The notes beneath the pieces are model-generated. The model ran no database searches. It was not told where the DNA came from and worked only from the letters and a program-made list of their open reading frames with translations. This document shows positions 23,656 to 35,038 of a stretch of 61,147 nt of DNA, piece by piece. Numbering within the stretch: the first letter of the stretch is position 1; the number at the start of each line of letters is the position of its first letter. The stretch comes from a virus (Duplodnaviria; Caudoviricetes): positions 1 to 61,147 of IMG/VR virus record IMGVR_UViG_3300042472_000140; one strand, 5' to 3'. The position numbers were made by a program, and so were the translations under genes.

Positions 23656-26600
23656 ACTTCCTCTTTGAATACTTCTTATCGTATATGTATAAGGCTTGCT
23701 TTGATAACTTCATCTTAGCTTTACCCATAACTTCAGATAGTATTTTCTTTTCTTCACTATCAAGTTCTGATCCGTATCTGTTATAAAGTCTTAACGCTTG
23801 AACTTCAGGAGTTTCTTCATACAGTATATCAAGTATCGACCTATCGATGTTCATGTTCTTGATGTATGCATAATATTTTTTAGCGTACTTCTCCTGGTCT
23901 TTTTTCTCAAAGTTAGTTTTTATTAAATCTACTAACTCACCATTTGACAACTCCTTCCCGTCCTTATATATATTCTTGATGGTGTTGTACACCTTCTGTT
24001 CTTTGTTATATATATCTGTCTCGATAATCATCTCTTGATTTTCTATCTTGTCCTCTTCCTTATATCTGATGTTATCTTTGTTAGTAGTTCTCTTTAACTT
24101 CCTAGCTGAAGCATCAAATACATTACTAAAGGCATCTGAGAATTCAGCTCCGTATCCATCCTTATTAAAGAATCCATTCACAGATGCATAAAATATAGAT
24201 ATCATAGGGTTAGTATTCTCACTTGTAACTATCTTCTCTATAGCCGCCTTAGTTCTAATAGGAGACAACCCTAGACTAGGTGCTATCTTTTTATATATCT
24301 CCTCTACCTTATCGTCGTACATTCCCTCCGCACTAGCTGCTATCTTTTTATCTCTAGGTTCTCTAAAGATTTTCTCCCCAGTAAATGAATCCCAGTTAAA
24401 ACTATACGTTAGAAGTCCAGATATAAGTGGATTTCTAGATGCAATATCAGACGGTGAGAATGGAGTTGATGCCGATATAGATTTATTTATCACCTCTTGG
24501 TCTACATCATATTTAATTCCTGCCTCTGATAGTAAGTACTTGTACGTGAACTGCTCTGCCACAGTAGACATTACAGATAGAACTGGTAATTTTTTTACTC
24601 TGTAGTACTCGTACTCTCCATCCTTATCCTTCTTACCAGTAAATATTATATGGTATGTTGCCTTCTCGTAATCAGATAATGAATCTAACACCTCTAATAC
24701 TTTCTTCTTCTCTTCTTCGTCATCTCCAACTGATCTCATAAGTGCAGCTAAAGACAGTGCCGCTACTGATCCAGCCATTACTGCCGCTTGAACTAAGCTA
24801 GAAGTAAATCCTAGTGGGTTATTTTTAGCGTACTCAAGAGGTCTTCTAAATCCTTGCATGGATGCATTTAAGTATGGCATCACATTATCAGCCGTCTTAA
24901 CCCATGTCCCTCCCTGATTGAAGTCCATTGTCTCTCTAGCATTCCTTGTTGCCTCGTACATTATATCATCTAGTTCCTTAGCGTCAGGGTCTCTTCCGTT
25001 TTCTTTTTTGAATTTAGATATCTCGTCACCTTTTACTTTATCATAAACAGCAAGTCTAAACGCAAGTTCAGATTTTTCTCCTAGGTAGGACATGATGTTT
25101 CCGTAGCCAACTAATACCTTCTGACTGATATTTAGTATCTTATTTTTAGGAGACAGTGACTTCAATGCTCTAAGACCGTCGTTAGATAGAAAGTCCATAG
25201 CTCCACCATGCTCAACGTATTCGTTGTATATTACATTCTTTCTATTCTTAGTTGCTACTCCCTTCAAGAACTTTCTAACAAAGTCATAGCTTAACTGAGC
25301 ACCTCCAACTAGCTTGAACTTTGAGTACACATCAGAGAAGAATAATATGTTCTGGAAATCTACTGCTGTGTTACCAATAATGAACAACGGGTTACCTCCA
25401 GTCGCAAAGAACCTTAGTATTTTAGCTCCAGTTAATGTACCAATTAAATTAAGTGCCTGGTTTGAAGACTTAATATCTAACAGCTGTGTAGCATATTCAT
25501 CTTTAACTACTAGGTCCGTCTTCACTCCATTCTTAAAGAATGACACTATGCTGTACCCTATAGGCACATTATTTTGGTTGTACTTATACTGAATAGACCC
25601 AGTAGATGTCTGCTTTACTATAGGGTTATCTATTATGAATTCAGACATAGCGTCTCTCTGTTCTTGAGTTGCTCCATCAATAGCGTCACTGAACTCATTT
25701 AGCATCTTATTCTCGAACGCTCGTCCTTCAACAGACATAACGTTCAACATAAGGAGCCACTTAGAGTCAAATATTATAGCGTTCTCGTTACTGTCAGTAA
25801 GAGCCATTATATCTTTCTTACTAACTCCTAACTTACTAGCCTCTCTATCTACAGTAGCTGGGTCTAAGTTATCTCCAATGATGTACTTAATAGTTCTAAT
25901 AGGAGAGTACTCTATATCTCTCAGGTTTATGTAAGTCTCTTCGTTTATTCTACCTGACTCGTACAGCTTCTTTAAGTTTTCTGAGAACACACCAAAATAT
26001 TTAGTAGCTCTTTCGCTTAAGTCGTTGAATTTCTTTTCACCTATCTTATTCTTTATAGCATCTAAATCTTTTAAAGCCTTCACCTCAGAGTAACCGTCCA
26101 TACCAGTGTATGGCTCTGCTCCTTGCTTGGCTCTACTCTCATTAATAGCTACCATACGTCTTGCGTATATGATATCATCAAGTGTATCTAAATCATTCTT
26201 TTTCAAATCTTTATAGATATCAGCCTCAGCATTTTTAAATCTGTAGTTAGCAAAACCACTAGCTCCAGCCTTGTTGACTAATAAGTTGTAAGCTCTTATT
26301 GACTCCTTGCTTCCGATGCCTTTAATTAATCTCTTAATGTCGGACTGTCTATCAATAAATTTATTTCTTATTGCTCTAATTCTATCTCTTATAGTCAGCT
26401 TCTTCTGTCTAGCCATAAGTTCTTTCTGACTAGCTTCCCTTATCTTACTCACAGTGACGTCACCAGTGTCTGGCTCCATTGCGTCGTTGATATTCTTGTC
26501 AGAGTATCCCTGGTCCTTTAAGTACTGACGGATAGCAGCGTCAGAGAACCCTTGGTCCTTAGTCAACTTAACTATGTCGTTGATGGTCTTAGGCTTCTGC

Positions 26601-29600
26601 TTACGTGGAGATATACTCTCTTCGATACCAGTAACCTCTTCAGCTATCTGCTTACGTGGTGTGATCTGCTTGGATATGTTCTTAGGGAACCTCTTGAAGT
26701 TTATGCCTCCACCTACTCCGTCACCTTTGAACGTGATCATGTCACCATCGATACTAGTTATCTTACCCTTAGACCCGTACACCTCAACGTCATCTCCTAC
26801 CTTGTAAGTTTCTTCAGCTATAGGCTTCATAGATACATTGTCCTTAGAAGCCTCAAGCGACATTGTAGTCTGTGCTCTGAGTTCGTTATTTCTCCATCTA
26901 GCAACGACCATGTCATACCCGTTCTCGTTAGCGACCTGAGTTATAAATGCCAACTGGTAGTTAGGGCTGAATGATTGTGAAGGACGTGCAACCTCGAATC
27001 TTTTCTTAGCCTCGTCATAGAAGTTTTCTGGATCACTATTAAAGTCGTACACCTTACCGTTAGGAACAAGGACAGTGTGTAGTACGTTACCAACACCTGG
27101 CTCAACCTGGTTGTCCATCGTGTAGTACATCGCAAGTCCTCCAACAGCAGATAAGGCTCCACCTTCTTCCTTCCCAGTGATGATATTCTCTCCAGTTCCA
27201 GGCTTAATTACATCTCTATTGTCGTTTGAGTAGTGATGGAACACGAAGTTTCCGCTCTTATCTTCAGTCAACTTGTTTGACAGCTCTGGAGCAAGTTGCT
27301 TTCTAGAAGAAATTTCTTTTATCCCTATGCCATAAGGAGCAACAACTTGAGATTGCTCAGATCGAGACATATCATCACGATATTTATCCTTTATTTCAGA
27401 AGGCATTATATCATAAGAATTAATTTTCTTATCTGGAACACCTACAACAGAACCTAATATATCTGTTTCATATGTAGAATGTTTAGATTTTTCACCTAAT
27501 TTATCAGCCTTTAAAACTAACATAATATCTCCCATCTCAAAATTATTATCTTGATAGAATCCATCACGTAAATCATTTGGATCAACAAATGCATTATATT
27601 TTTCTAATACTTTTTTTGCTAGAGTATTTTTAGTTTGTTGTTCATTTATAGCTATAATAAAATTCTTTCTATCAGCCCCCATAAATAGGTCTTCATAAGA
27701 ATTATATTTTTCTAATATAGATTTTATCTTAGATGTTGGTTTAGATTCTAGTAATTCTTTTTTAAAGTTATTAAATTCAATAGCTCCTTCAATTCTTCTT
27801 CTAATTAAATTAGTAACAGTCTTGTTGAATAATTTTGATCTCTGAGGGGATCCACTTATAATAAATATATAATCAGATTTAGCTATATTATTATCTAAAG
27901 TTTTCTTTTTAGCACCAGAAGCCCATATTACATTATTACTTCTATTCTCAGGATCTAACGCAAACGATGGTCCAGCATCTAAGAAATGTTCTCCATTTAA
28001 TACTGAATCAAAATAATTTCCTCTTCCTAATTGATCAGCAACCCAAAACCAAACCTTTTGTTTTTTAGATGAAATATCAGATATTAATGAATCAATATCA
28101 ATAATATCTTCTTTCGTTACAAAAGTTAATTTTTGATCTTTACTTACTTTTACTTGTTTTCTTGGTTCAGTAGATTCAACAATATTAGTTGTAACACCAG
28201 TTATTGACATCATATTAATATCAGCCTCACTAATCACCTTACCCTTAGCTACCTTTCTAGCTATAGTGTTGAGCATGTCGTAGGTCTCGTTTCTGTTGAA
28301 CGGATCTAATTTAGATATCTTAGCCAACTTATCTATCCATCTGAAGATAGTATCCTTAACAGATGTAGAAAATGAATTATAGTTCTCAGCTAATACACCT
28401 ACTAGTTCAGCTAGTTTCTCTTCGTTCTGAATATTCTCATCGTAGTTAGATATAAAGTCATTCAATTTTTTATTTACATCTACATCAACTTTAAGCCATA
28501 TAGCTTCAATCATTCGTTTAGTTATATCAGCAGCATTTTTATCTGTCTTAACCTTATTTATTAAGATAGCATGGAATACCTCGTGAGCTACAGTTCTATT
28601 GTTAGCTGACGTTCCATTAATATGTATGGTATTCGTTTTTGCATTAAACTCACCATTTGATGATTGCTTCAGTCCTTCTTCTTTTGTAGCAGCTCTATAT
28701 GACTCATCTGTATCATGAACTATAAACTTAGTGCCTGGTATAACCTTAGATACTGCCTTAGCTGCTCTAGCTACTGCCTTAGATATTTTCTTATTAACTA
28801 TAGTATACGCCTTCTGGTCAATCTCTTGATCTGTTCCAGACAATAACTGTCCGATAGCCTCAACCTCTTGCTCTACGGTAGGACCTTCTTTTGTAGCTGG
28901 TAACAAAGGAGTTATCAGCTTGTCATACTTGTCGTATATCTCGTTGTACTTCGTTAGGTCTTCAGGAGTCATTAGGGTCTTATCTACTTCACCGTTAACC
29001 TTGTAGTCTTCTATGTTAGGTATAACGTCAGATAACTCCGCTTGTTCTTCTGCTCTTAAGGTTGCTACTTGGTCTTGTTCAGTAGGTTGAACTGCTGATG
29101 CCTTATCTTGTAAATTAAACAATTCTGACTGTGCAACATCAAATTTATCTGCCTTAGAACGAAAGTCTGGATTAGCCATAACTTCCTCTTCAGTTAAACC
29201 TTGATCTTCCAACTCAGCTTGCAGGATGGTTTTTTCATCCCAAAGAGAATCAACTTCTGCCTGCTTAGCGTCTACTTCTTCTTGCTGTACTTCGCTTGTG
29301 ACAACGCTATCGCCACGATCTGCTTCTGGCTGCGTGGTTTCCCGTTTGCCCCCTTCGCTGATCCCGACTTCTTGTTGTCCTTCACCAGTTCTCTGATATT
29401 CGCTTGTACTGACTTCTTGGACGTTGCTTTCTTTAGTGGCATCTTCTGATATCTTTGTTAGTTCGTTATTTATCTCGGCAACTCTTGCCTTCTGTGATGC
29501 GACAAGGTTTTCATCCTTGCCAGCAATTTCTTTTTCTAGTTTATTTCTTTCTAATGTAAGAGTTAATGCACTCTTTAAATTCTCGCCAGTTATATTATCA

Positions 29601-32356
29601 GGAATTTTATTAAACAGACCTTGCACATCATTCATAGCATCTAACTGGTTCTGAGCTTCTGACTTTGTTATTTTTCCAGAAAGCATTCCAGTCTTTAACT
29701 TTGCAATAAAAATTTTCTTAATCTCTGAATCTTCTGCAATTGATTTTAGAAAATCTACATCTTTAGCATTATATAGGCTTATGTCTCCATTTCTAATCTT
29801 CTCATATGACGTACCAACAGATGTCATAACCATACCTCCTATAGCTTCAGCTGCTGCGTCTTCTAATACCATAGCTGCACCTTCACTAAAAGAGTCAGGA
29901 GTATCAAAGTATTCTCCTTGAGATAAGTCTGTTGCAAGTTTCCCGTCAGTCTTGTCTTTGTATATGTTGTATAGACCCTTCAGTCCAATGTCTAATACAA
30001 GAGACTGAGTTGCACCAGTCTCTGCCTCTGCTAGTGTACCTCCTATTACTTTTAATCCAAACTTAGCTATATTTGATTTTATTTCTTTTTCAAGAACACT
30101 CTCAAATACTTTTTTGGTTGTATTTCCACCTATCTTACCAGCTACTGAAAGTAATGATTTAGCTATTAATGATTTAGCTAATGGGTTCTTTGACATCATT
30201 GTAGTTACACCAATATTCTCTAAGATACCCATACCTATAGCATAAGGAACAGTAATTATAGATCTATCCTTCACAGATGTAGTTTCAAAGTCAGGATCAT
30301 TAAGCATCTCATCCTCAATAGAACTATAAGCCTGAGTCCCTAATGCTGATATTCTAGCAGCAGCTCCACCTGGAACAAGCATAGCTGGTAATGATTCAGC
30401 AACTCCAGCTAATGCTTTCTCAAAGAAACCACGATCAGCTGATTTTCTATATTCTTCTGTTGTACTTGATGTTCCTAATGTTTCAATTAATGATGATTTA
30501 ACAACTTCTTTAACTTGTTTTTGTCTTTTATTAGCAAGATAATTTATAGATTCTTCTTTACTGTATTTTTTATCTTTTAAATAATTTTTTATTTGAGGGT
30601 CTAGCATTTCATAATCAAGATCTCCTGAATAAGATGCAGCTAATCCAACTGGAAATTCTATTATTTTAGATACTCCACTAACAGTAGAGTTAAGCATGTT
30701 ACCCCAAAACCCACCAATTTTTTCTTTTGTCAATAAGTATTTTCCAGCTACAGTCTCTAATTTTTTCATTTCAGACACTACTGCATTACCACTTTTCTTT
30801 ATTTCTAAATTTTTATTATCTATATCTTCAGCTCGCTGTATAAATTCAGATGACATTGCGTCGTACTGTTCTTTATCAATTTGTCCAGAGTTTACTTTTT
30901 GATTAAATTCATTCAGATCTTTTTGATATTGTGCAGTTTCTGTTTCAATCTTTTTATATGAATTGCTTACATCATTTAACTGTATGTTATAGTTATTAGT
31001 TTGATCTTGTATAAAGTTATTAGATAAATAAGAATCTATTTGTTGTTTAATAACTTTCTTTTGATCATCAGTTTTTGCTTGCTTTAATGAGTAGTAAAGT
31101 TTATCAATTTGATCTGTTCTATCTTTTAATTGTTTAGAAACATCTTTTTTATATATTTTATATATATCAGAATTATAAAAATTACTTATTTCATCTTTAG
31201 TTCTATTTATTTCACTTTGATTTCCAGTATTACCAGCTGTATTTCTATTGCGTCTTAAATCATTTAAATAAATGTCAATTTCCTTCTTTTTACTGTAAAA
31301 GTCTAATGATTTAAAATCATCTACATATTGATCAGACTTTAAATATTCATTTAATTTTTTATTTCCTTCTGCAATTGCTGAGTTTCTTGCCTTATTTATT
31401 GAATCAGATAATGATCCATCTGGAAGTGGTATATCAGATATTTTTTGTCTTAATTCTTTTATATTATTATTTTTTGTAGATTTATCTGATTTATTTAAAT
31501 CCAAGAATGTTCTCAGTTTTAAAGCCTCTGTTGGGTTAGATTCATCTAAACCTACCTCCATAGTTTTACCATTCTTAGCGGTAACAGTAACGTAGTCTGT
31601 ACCCATGCCAGATTGCTCAAATGAGAACCCTAAGTTACCGTACTTGTTTTGTAAATATGGAACTACAGTCTCCTCTGTATTTGATACTAACTTAGAATTT
31701 ATATCAGCAAATTTAGGAGTATTATCTTCTACAACATTTTGTAGTACTGTAGGTATTTTTACTTTTTTCTTAAATTGATTATTTAGAGCAGTTATAGCCG
31801 TAGCGTCAGTTAACGTGGTCCACTTTGTAGCAGTAGGCTGCATTCGCTCCCAGTTACCATTATATACTCTGTACTTATTAGTTTCTTTACCAGGGACTCC
31901 AACAAAAACTTCTTCTATATCTGATGCTCCAGCATTCTGATTGAAGTGCTTATTAAGTGCTGCTACTCTAGCTGGATCAGTTATATTTATTTTTACACTG
32001 ATAGGAGCTGATACTGGTTTATTTCCGACTACTAATCCAGTTCCTGCATCTTCCTTCCATATTGGTGTACCAGTAGATTCATCTAATATATACTTCTTAT
32101 CTCCCTTCCCAGGATACCCAGTGAATACTTGTTGTTTAGCCTTTCCTCCAGACGATACCAAAGGCTTTTGAGCCGTCTTTGGCTTTGATGTAGCCAATGT
32201 AGATTCCAGTAGATCTGTAACGGGCGAAAATATAACACCCTTCTTCTTTGGAGCAGGCGTAGCTTCTTTTTTTTTTACTGGTTCTAATATATCACTTGGT
32301 TTAGGAAGAGATGATTTATTCAATATATCACCTGGTTTTGGTAAGTTATTTGGCAT
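23654..32356 (-). CDS. Giant virion/ejection-type polyvalent protein (2900 aa) with zincin motif and LPD38-like C-terminus
   Basis: HEVFH...EEKLAE; C-terminal ARETMDF-x-QG...PYLNASMQG region; last gene of the virion module. Confidence 0.75.
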   Translation of the reverse strand: MPNNLPKPGDILNKSSLPKPSDILEPVKKKEATPAPKKKGVIFSPVTDLLESTLATSKPKTAQKPLVSSGGKAKQQVFTGYPGKGDKKYILDESTGTPIWKEDAGTGLVVGNKPVSAPISVKINITDPARVAALNKHFNQNAGASDIEEVFVGVPGKETNKYRVYNGNWERMQPTATKWTTLTDATAITALNNQFKKKVKIPTVLQNVVEDNTPKFADINSKLVSNTEETVVPYLQNKYGNLGFSFEQSGMGTDYVTVTAKNGKTMEVGLDESNPTEALKLRTFLDLNKSDKSTKNNNIKELRQKISDIPLPDGSLSDSINKARNSAIAEGNKKLNEYLKSDQYVDDFKSLDFYSKKKEIDIYLNDLRRNRNTAGNTGNQSEINRTKDEISNFYNSDIYKIYKKDVSKQLKDRTDQIDKLYYSLKQAKTDDQKKVIKQQIDSYLSNNFIQDQTNNYNIQLNDVSNSYKKIETETAQYQKDLNEFNQKVNSGQIDKEQYDAMSSEFIQRAEDIDNKNLEIKKSGNAVVSEMKKLETVAGKYLLTKEKIGGFWGNMLNSTVSGVSKIIEFPVGLAASYSGDLDYEMLDPQIKNYLKDKKYSKEESINYLANKRQKQVKEVVKSSLIETLGTSSTTEEYRKSADRGFFEKALAGVAESLPAMLVPGGAAARISALGTQAYSSIEDEMLNDPDFETTSVKDRSIITVPYAIGMGILENIGVTTMMSKNPLAKSLIAKSLLSVAGKIGGNTTKKVFESVLEKEIKSNIAKFGLKVIGGTLAEAETGATQSLVLDIGLKGLYNIYKDKTDGKLATDLSQGEYFDTPDSFSEGAAMVLEDAAAEAIGGMVMTSVGTSYEKIRNGDISLYNAKDVDFLKSIAEDSEIKKIFIAKLKTGMLSGKITKSEAQNQLDAMNDVQGLFNKIPDNITGENLKSALTLTLERNKLEKEIAGKDENLVASQKARVAEINNELTKISEDATKESNVQEVSTSEYQRTGEGQQEVGISEGGKRETTQPEADRGDSVVTSEVQQEEVDAKQAEVDSLWDEKTILQAELEDQGLTEEEVMANPDFRSKADKFDVAQSELFNLQDKASAVQPTEQDQVATLRAEEQAELSDVIPNIEDYKVNGEVDKTLMTPEDLTKYNEIYDKYDKLITPLLPATKEGPTVEQEVEAIGQLLSGTDQEIDQKAYTIVNKKISKAVARAAKAVSKVIPGTKFIVHDTDESYRAATKEEGLKQSSNGEFNAKTNTIHINGTSANNRTVAHEVFHAILINKVKTDKNAADITKRMIEAIWLKVDVDVNKKLNDFISNYDENIQNEEKLAELVGVLAENYNSFSTSVKDTIFRWIDKLAKISKLDPFNRNETYDMLNTIARKVAKGKVISEADINMMSITGVTTNIVESTEPRKQVKVSKDQKLTFVTKEDIIDIDSLISDISSKKQKVWFWVADQLGRGNYFDSVLNGEHFLDAGPSFALDPENRSNNVIWASGAKKKTLDNNIAKSDYIFIISGSPQRSKLFNKTVTNLIRRRIEGAIEFNNFKKELLESKPTSKIKSILEKYNSYEDLFMGADRKNFIIAINEQQTKNTLAKKVLEKYNAFVDPNDLRDGFYQDNNFEMGDIMLVLKADKLGEKSKHSTYETDILGSVVGVPDKKINSYDIMPSEIKDKYRDDMSRSEQSQVVAPYGIGIKEISSRKQLAPELSNKLTEDKSGNFVFHHYSNDNRDVIKPGTGENIITGKEEGGALSAVGGLAMYYTMDNQVEPGVGNVLHTVLVPNGKVYDFNSDPENFYDEAKKRFEVARPSQSFSPNYQLAFITQVANENGYDMVVARWRNNELRAQTTMSLEASKDNVSMKPIAEETYKVGDDVEVYGSKGKITSIDGDMITFKGDGVGGGINFKRFPKNISKQITPRKQIAEEVTGIEESISPRKQKPKTINDIVKLTKDQGFSDAAIRQYLKDQGYSDKNINDAMEPDTGDVTVSKIREASQKELMARQKKLTIRDRIRAIRNKFIDRQSDIKRLIKGIGSKESIRAYNLLVNKAGASGFANYRFKNAEADIYKDLKKNDLDTLDDIIYARRMVAINESRAKQGAEPYTGMDGYSEVKALKDLDAIKNKIGEKKFNDLSERATKYFGVFSENLKKLYESGRINEETYINLRDIEYSPIRTIKYIIGDNLDPATVDREASKLGVSKKDIMALTDSNENAIIFDSKWLLMLNVMSVEGRAFENKMLNEFSDAIDGATQEQRDAMSEFIIDNPIVKQTSTGSIQYKYNQNNVPIGYSIVSFFKNGVKTDLVVKDEYATQLLDIKSSNQALNLIGTLTGAKILRFFATGGNPLFIIGNTAVDFQNILFFSDVYSKFKLVGGAQLSYDFVRKFLKGVATKNRKNVIYNEYVEHGGAMDFLSNDGLRALKSLSPKNKILNISQKVLVGYGNIMSYLGEKSELAFRLAVYDKVKGDEISKFKKENGRDPDAKELDDIMYEATRNARETMDFNQGGTWVKTADNVMPYLNASMQGFRRPLEYAKNNPLGFTSSLVQAAVMAGSVAALSLAALMRSVGDDEEEKKKVLEVLDSLSDYEKATYHIIFTGKKDKDGEYEYYRVKKLPVLSVMSTVAEQFTYKYLLSEAGIKYDVDQEVINKSISASTPFSPSDIASRNPLISGLLTYSFNWDSFTGEKIFREPRDKKIAASAEGMYDDKVEEIYKKIAPSLGLSPIRTKAAIEKIVTSENTNPMISIFYASVNGFFNKDGYGAEFSDAFSNVFDASARKLKRTTNKDNIRYKEEDKIENQEMIIETDIYNKEQKVYNTIKNIYKDGKELSNGELVDLIKTNFEKKDQEKYAKKYYAYIKNMNIDRSILDILYEETPEVQALRLYNRYGSELDSEEKKILSEVMGKAKMKLSKQALYIYDKKYSKRK

Positions 32357-32365
32357 AATATTTTT

Positions 32366-33895
32366 TTAGTTTAATTTAATTTTACCTTCTTTTACTCCTT
32401 GTGCTATCTGTGCATCAGACCATCCAGCTGCTTTCCAGTCAGCCTTTGATGCTGTTGGAACTTCAGTTTGTTTTGGAGTTCCGCCACCTTGAGCTTCTGT
32501 CCAAAGTCTTCTCTGCTTTTCAGCTTCTCTTACTTGAGAAGCACCTCTTCCAAAGAAATATACGGTTAGATCAGATAGTTCTTTAGTTGGCGCATGTATT
32601 AACACTTCCTTTGTACCTCCTTGGCCATCATCTACCATTTGAACTACCTTAACACCTTTATCTTTTACATATACTGTTTTATAACTTTGATCTTTAAATA
32701 AAGAGTTCAATGTAGCGTTATCTCCAGAAATAAATGCTGTTGCTAGGTCGTTATAAAGTGTGTAGTCATTTTTTGCGCTGATTGGATTATTATCATTTCT
32801 CTGTGGCGCATACTGAGTACGTCCTCTAGCATCCATCGTCTCCTTCATCTGTATGTCAACCACTTTCAATACGTGGTCTTGAGCCAACTTAACTTGAGCG
32901 TCCGTTAGTTGTGGGTTGTATGTACCGTCAAGATCTATTCCCTTCTTAACTAAGCTGATCTCTATATCTTTCTTCTGTTGCTCTGTAGGCTCAAGAGGAT
33001 TGTTAGCAACTCTATTTACCTCTTCTATCTCTGCATATCGTTGAGCAATAGCTGCCTTCTTTTCATCTTCATTCCAGTAGTATATAGGATCAATTACACC
33101 GTTATCAGCAAGGATACTTAGCGTAGCCCTAGGAGAGCTAGTTGCGGCAACAGCAACCTTAGCAGCCATCTCATTGTATATGCTCTTACCGTTTGCGTCC
33201 TTATGATTCTTAACTGAAGTGAAATCTTCATACGCACCCCCACCTAAATCTTTAAATATCTGGACTGTCTCCCAGTTCTTAGTTGCGTCCTTTACAAAGT
33301 CAGTAACAATAATCTTATTATCGACTATGTTCTGAGGAAGGTTAGGAGTTCTAACGTCCTTTGGATCTCCAATAATAGCTCCAGTTTGTGGATCTACCTT
33401 AGCCCACATAATAGACCCATCATCTGACACAATAAACTTAGAATCCCTTATCTCAGCCATAGATCCAGTCTCTTTTAGCATCTCCATTTCCCAATCAGTT
33501 GCGTCACCATCAACCTCTCTTTGAACTGTGGCATTTATTCTTTCGTCTAGAGTCTTTGCAGATGAAGCAAGTATTCCAGTGTAGTCGCTTAGATTTTGGG
33601 TTCTTTTTCTATACTCAGCTTCAGTCATGGTTCCAGCCTTTAGCTGACTATTCCAATCGTTCTGTCTATTCCTTCCTCCATCTTGGAAGTCTAGTATCAT
33701 AGTCTGAAACGTCTGACTCTTGCCCTGCTCTAACTTGTTAATCTTATCAATGTTGTCAGCAGCAATCTTGTCAAGCTCCTCACGTCTAGCTACCCTAGCC
33801 TCTCCAGCGTCTGTAATTGACTTAGATAGATTACTACTTAGTGCTGCCCAGTCAACTTGTTTAGGTGCTACGTATCCTGAATATTCTATTGCCAT
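32366..33895 (-). CDS. Putative internal virion protein
   Basis: 509-aa ORF between the Ala-rich protein and the giant protein. Confidence 0.65.
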   Translation of the reverse strand: MAIEYSGYVAPKQVDWAALSSNLSKSITDAGEARVARREELDKIAADNIDKINKLEQGKSQTFQTMILDFQDGGRNRQNDWNSQLKAGTMTEAEYRKRTQNLSDYTGILASSAKTLDERINATVQREVDGDATDWEMEMLKETGSMAEIRDSKFIVSDDGSIMWAKVDPQTGAIIGDPKDVRTPNLPQNIVDNKIIVTDFVKDATKNWETVQIFKDLGGGAYEDFTSVKNHKDANGKSIYNEMAAKVAVAATSSPRATLSILADNGVIDPIYYWNEDEKKAAIAQRYAEIEEVNRVANNPLEPTEQQKKDIEISLVKKGIDLDGTYNPQLTDAQVKLAQDHVLKVVDIQMKETMDARGRTQYAPQRNDNNPISAKNDYTLYNDLATAFISGDNATLNSLFKDQSYKTVYVKDKGVKVVQMVDDGQGGTKEVLIHAPTKELSDLTVYFFGRGASQVREAEKQRRLWTEAQGGGTPKQTEVPTASKADWKAAGWSDAQIAQGVKEGKIKLN

Positions 33896-33937
33896 AATTT
33901 TTTATTAAAAATTTAATCCACTTAGAGCTTTTATTTG

Positions 33938-34534
33938 CTAAGCAATTAGCTCATCAGTTATCCCTGCCTTTTTTGCTTTATATGCCTTACCAGCTTTTTC
34001 AATTGCGGTTAATGCTGATCCAGCTCCTTGAACTGCTCCAGTTATAGCTGCTGCCTTAGCAGTCTGTGCAGCTGCTGCTGCATTTTGTGCGCCAGTAAGT
34101 TCATCTGAATATATATCTTTCTCTCTTAGTGCTCTTCTTTGTTCAATACCAGTTCCAGCCTCTGCTTGTGCCATGTCTCTACTTAACTTAGCCTCTCCAG
34201 CTTGTGCTGAAAGTTCTAGTTCAGATGCTCCAACAGCTTGTTGAATTTGTCCAGCAGCACCAATAACTCCTTCTGCACCAGCTCCTTGAGCTGATTGAAG
34301 TCCAGCTACGGCTGAACGGTCTATCCCTTGCTGTGCTAACTCAAAGCCTAACGTAGGAACTTGAACTTGGGCATACTGGTTAGTCTCTTTAATATTCTTC
34401 ATAGCTGCCGCCGCTGCCGATGCTGCTCCTTGAGCTGCCTTCTTATCTTTATTAGCTTTTACGGCTTGTCCTATATTCATTCCAACTCCTGCGAGTGCTA
34501 CACCTGCGCTAATTGCTGCTGTTACTGCTGCCAT
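33938..34534 (-). CDS. Ala/Gly-rich internal virion (ejection) protein
   Basis: Hydrophobic Ala/Gly N-terminus and coiled coil; podovirus core-protein position. Confidence 0.7.
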   Translation of the reverse strand: MAAVTAAISAGVALAGVGMNIGQAVKANKDKKAAQGAASAAAAAMKNIKETNQYAQVQVPTLGFELAQQGIDRSAVAGLQSAQGAGAEGVIGAAGQIQQAVGASELELSAQAGEAKLSRDMAQAEAGTGIEQRRALREKDIYSDELTGAQNAAAAAQTAKAAAITGAVQGAGSALTAIEKAGKAYKAKKAGITDELIA

Positions 34535-35038
34535 TTATTTCTTATTTAAAAAGATAACTTGAACAAGTCTTGACCTATCCTCGATACCAAAGTTATTAAA
34601 AATGTTTCTACTGTGCTTTAAGAGTGAGTCAAAGATAATCATTCTATTCAACTTACTCTTAAATATTATTTTTGATGTTTCGTCCTCGTCATACATTGTT
34701 GTGCCGTCCTCACTTGGAGGATTCTCGTTCAAATATAACAGACAAGTTATATCTCCCATCATCTCGTCTGAGTGAATGAAGTTTGGCTCCTCTTGTCCTT
34801 CTGGAGATTTTCTAACAAAGTTGTACGCCACGTCAAAGTCCTTAAGGATAGTCAACAGTGAGTTGCTCACAACGTCTGACTTTCTATCTTGTATGTTCTT
34901 GAACGTATTAACTCCGTCAGTTACGTCAATAAAGTCATTAGACATAACGTCCTCTAGGTGTGAGTTTACATCATCTAGGAAGTCATCTATCAGTAAGAAC
35001 GAGTTTATCTTCATATTACCTTTAACATTTCTTGACAC
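34535..35038 (-). CDS. 2OG-Fe(II) oxygenase-like protein
   Basis: IDDFL, H-x-D, LLYLN, GT, NR...FD...H...R facial-triad pattern; ATG 35014 is the likely start. Confidence 0.8.
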   Translation of the reverse strand: MSRNVKGNMKINSFLLIDDFLDDVNSHLEDVMSNDFIDVTDGVNTFKNIQDRKSDVVSNSLLTILKDFDVAYNFVRKSPEGQEEPNFIHSDEMMGDITCLLYLNENPPSEDGTTMYDEDETSKIIFKSKLNRMIIFDSLLKHSRNIFNNFGIEDRSRLVQVIFLNKK

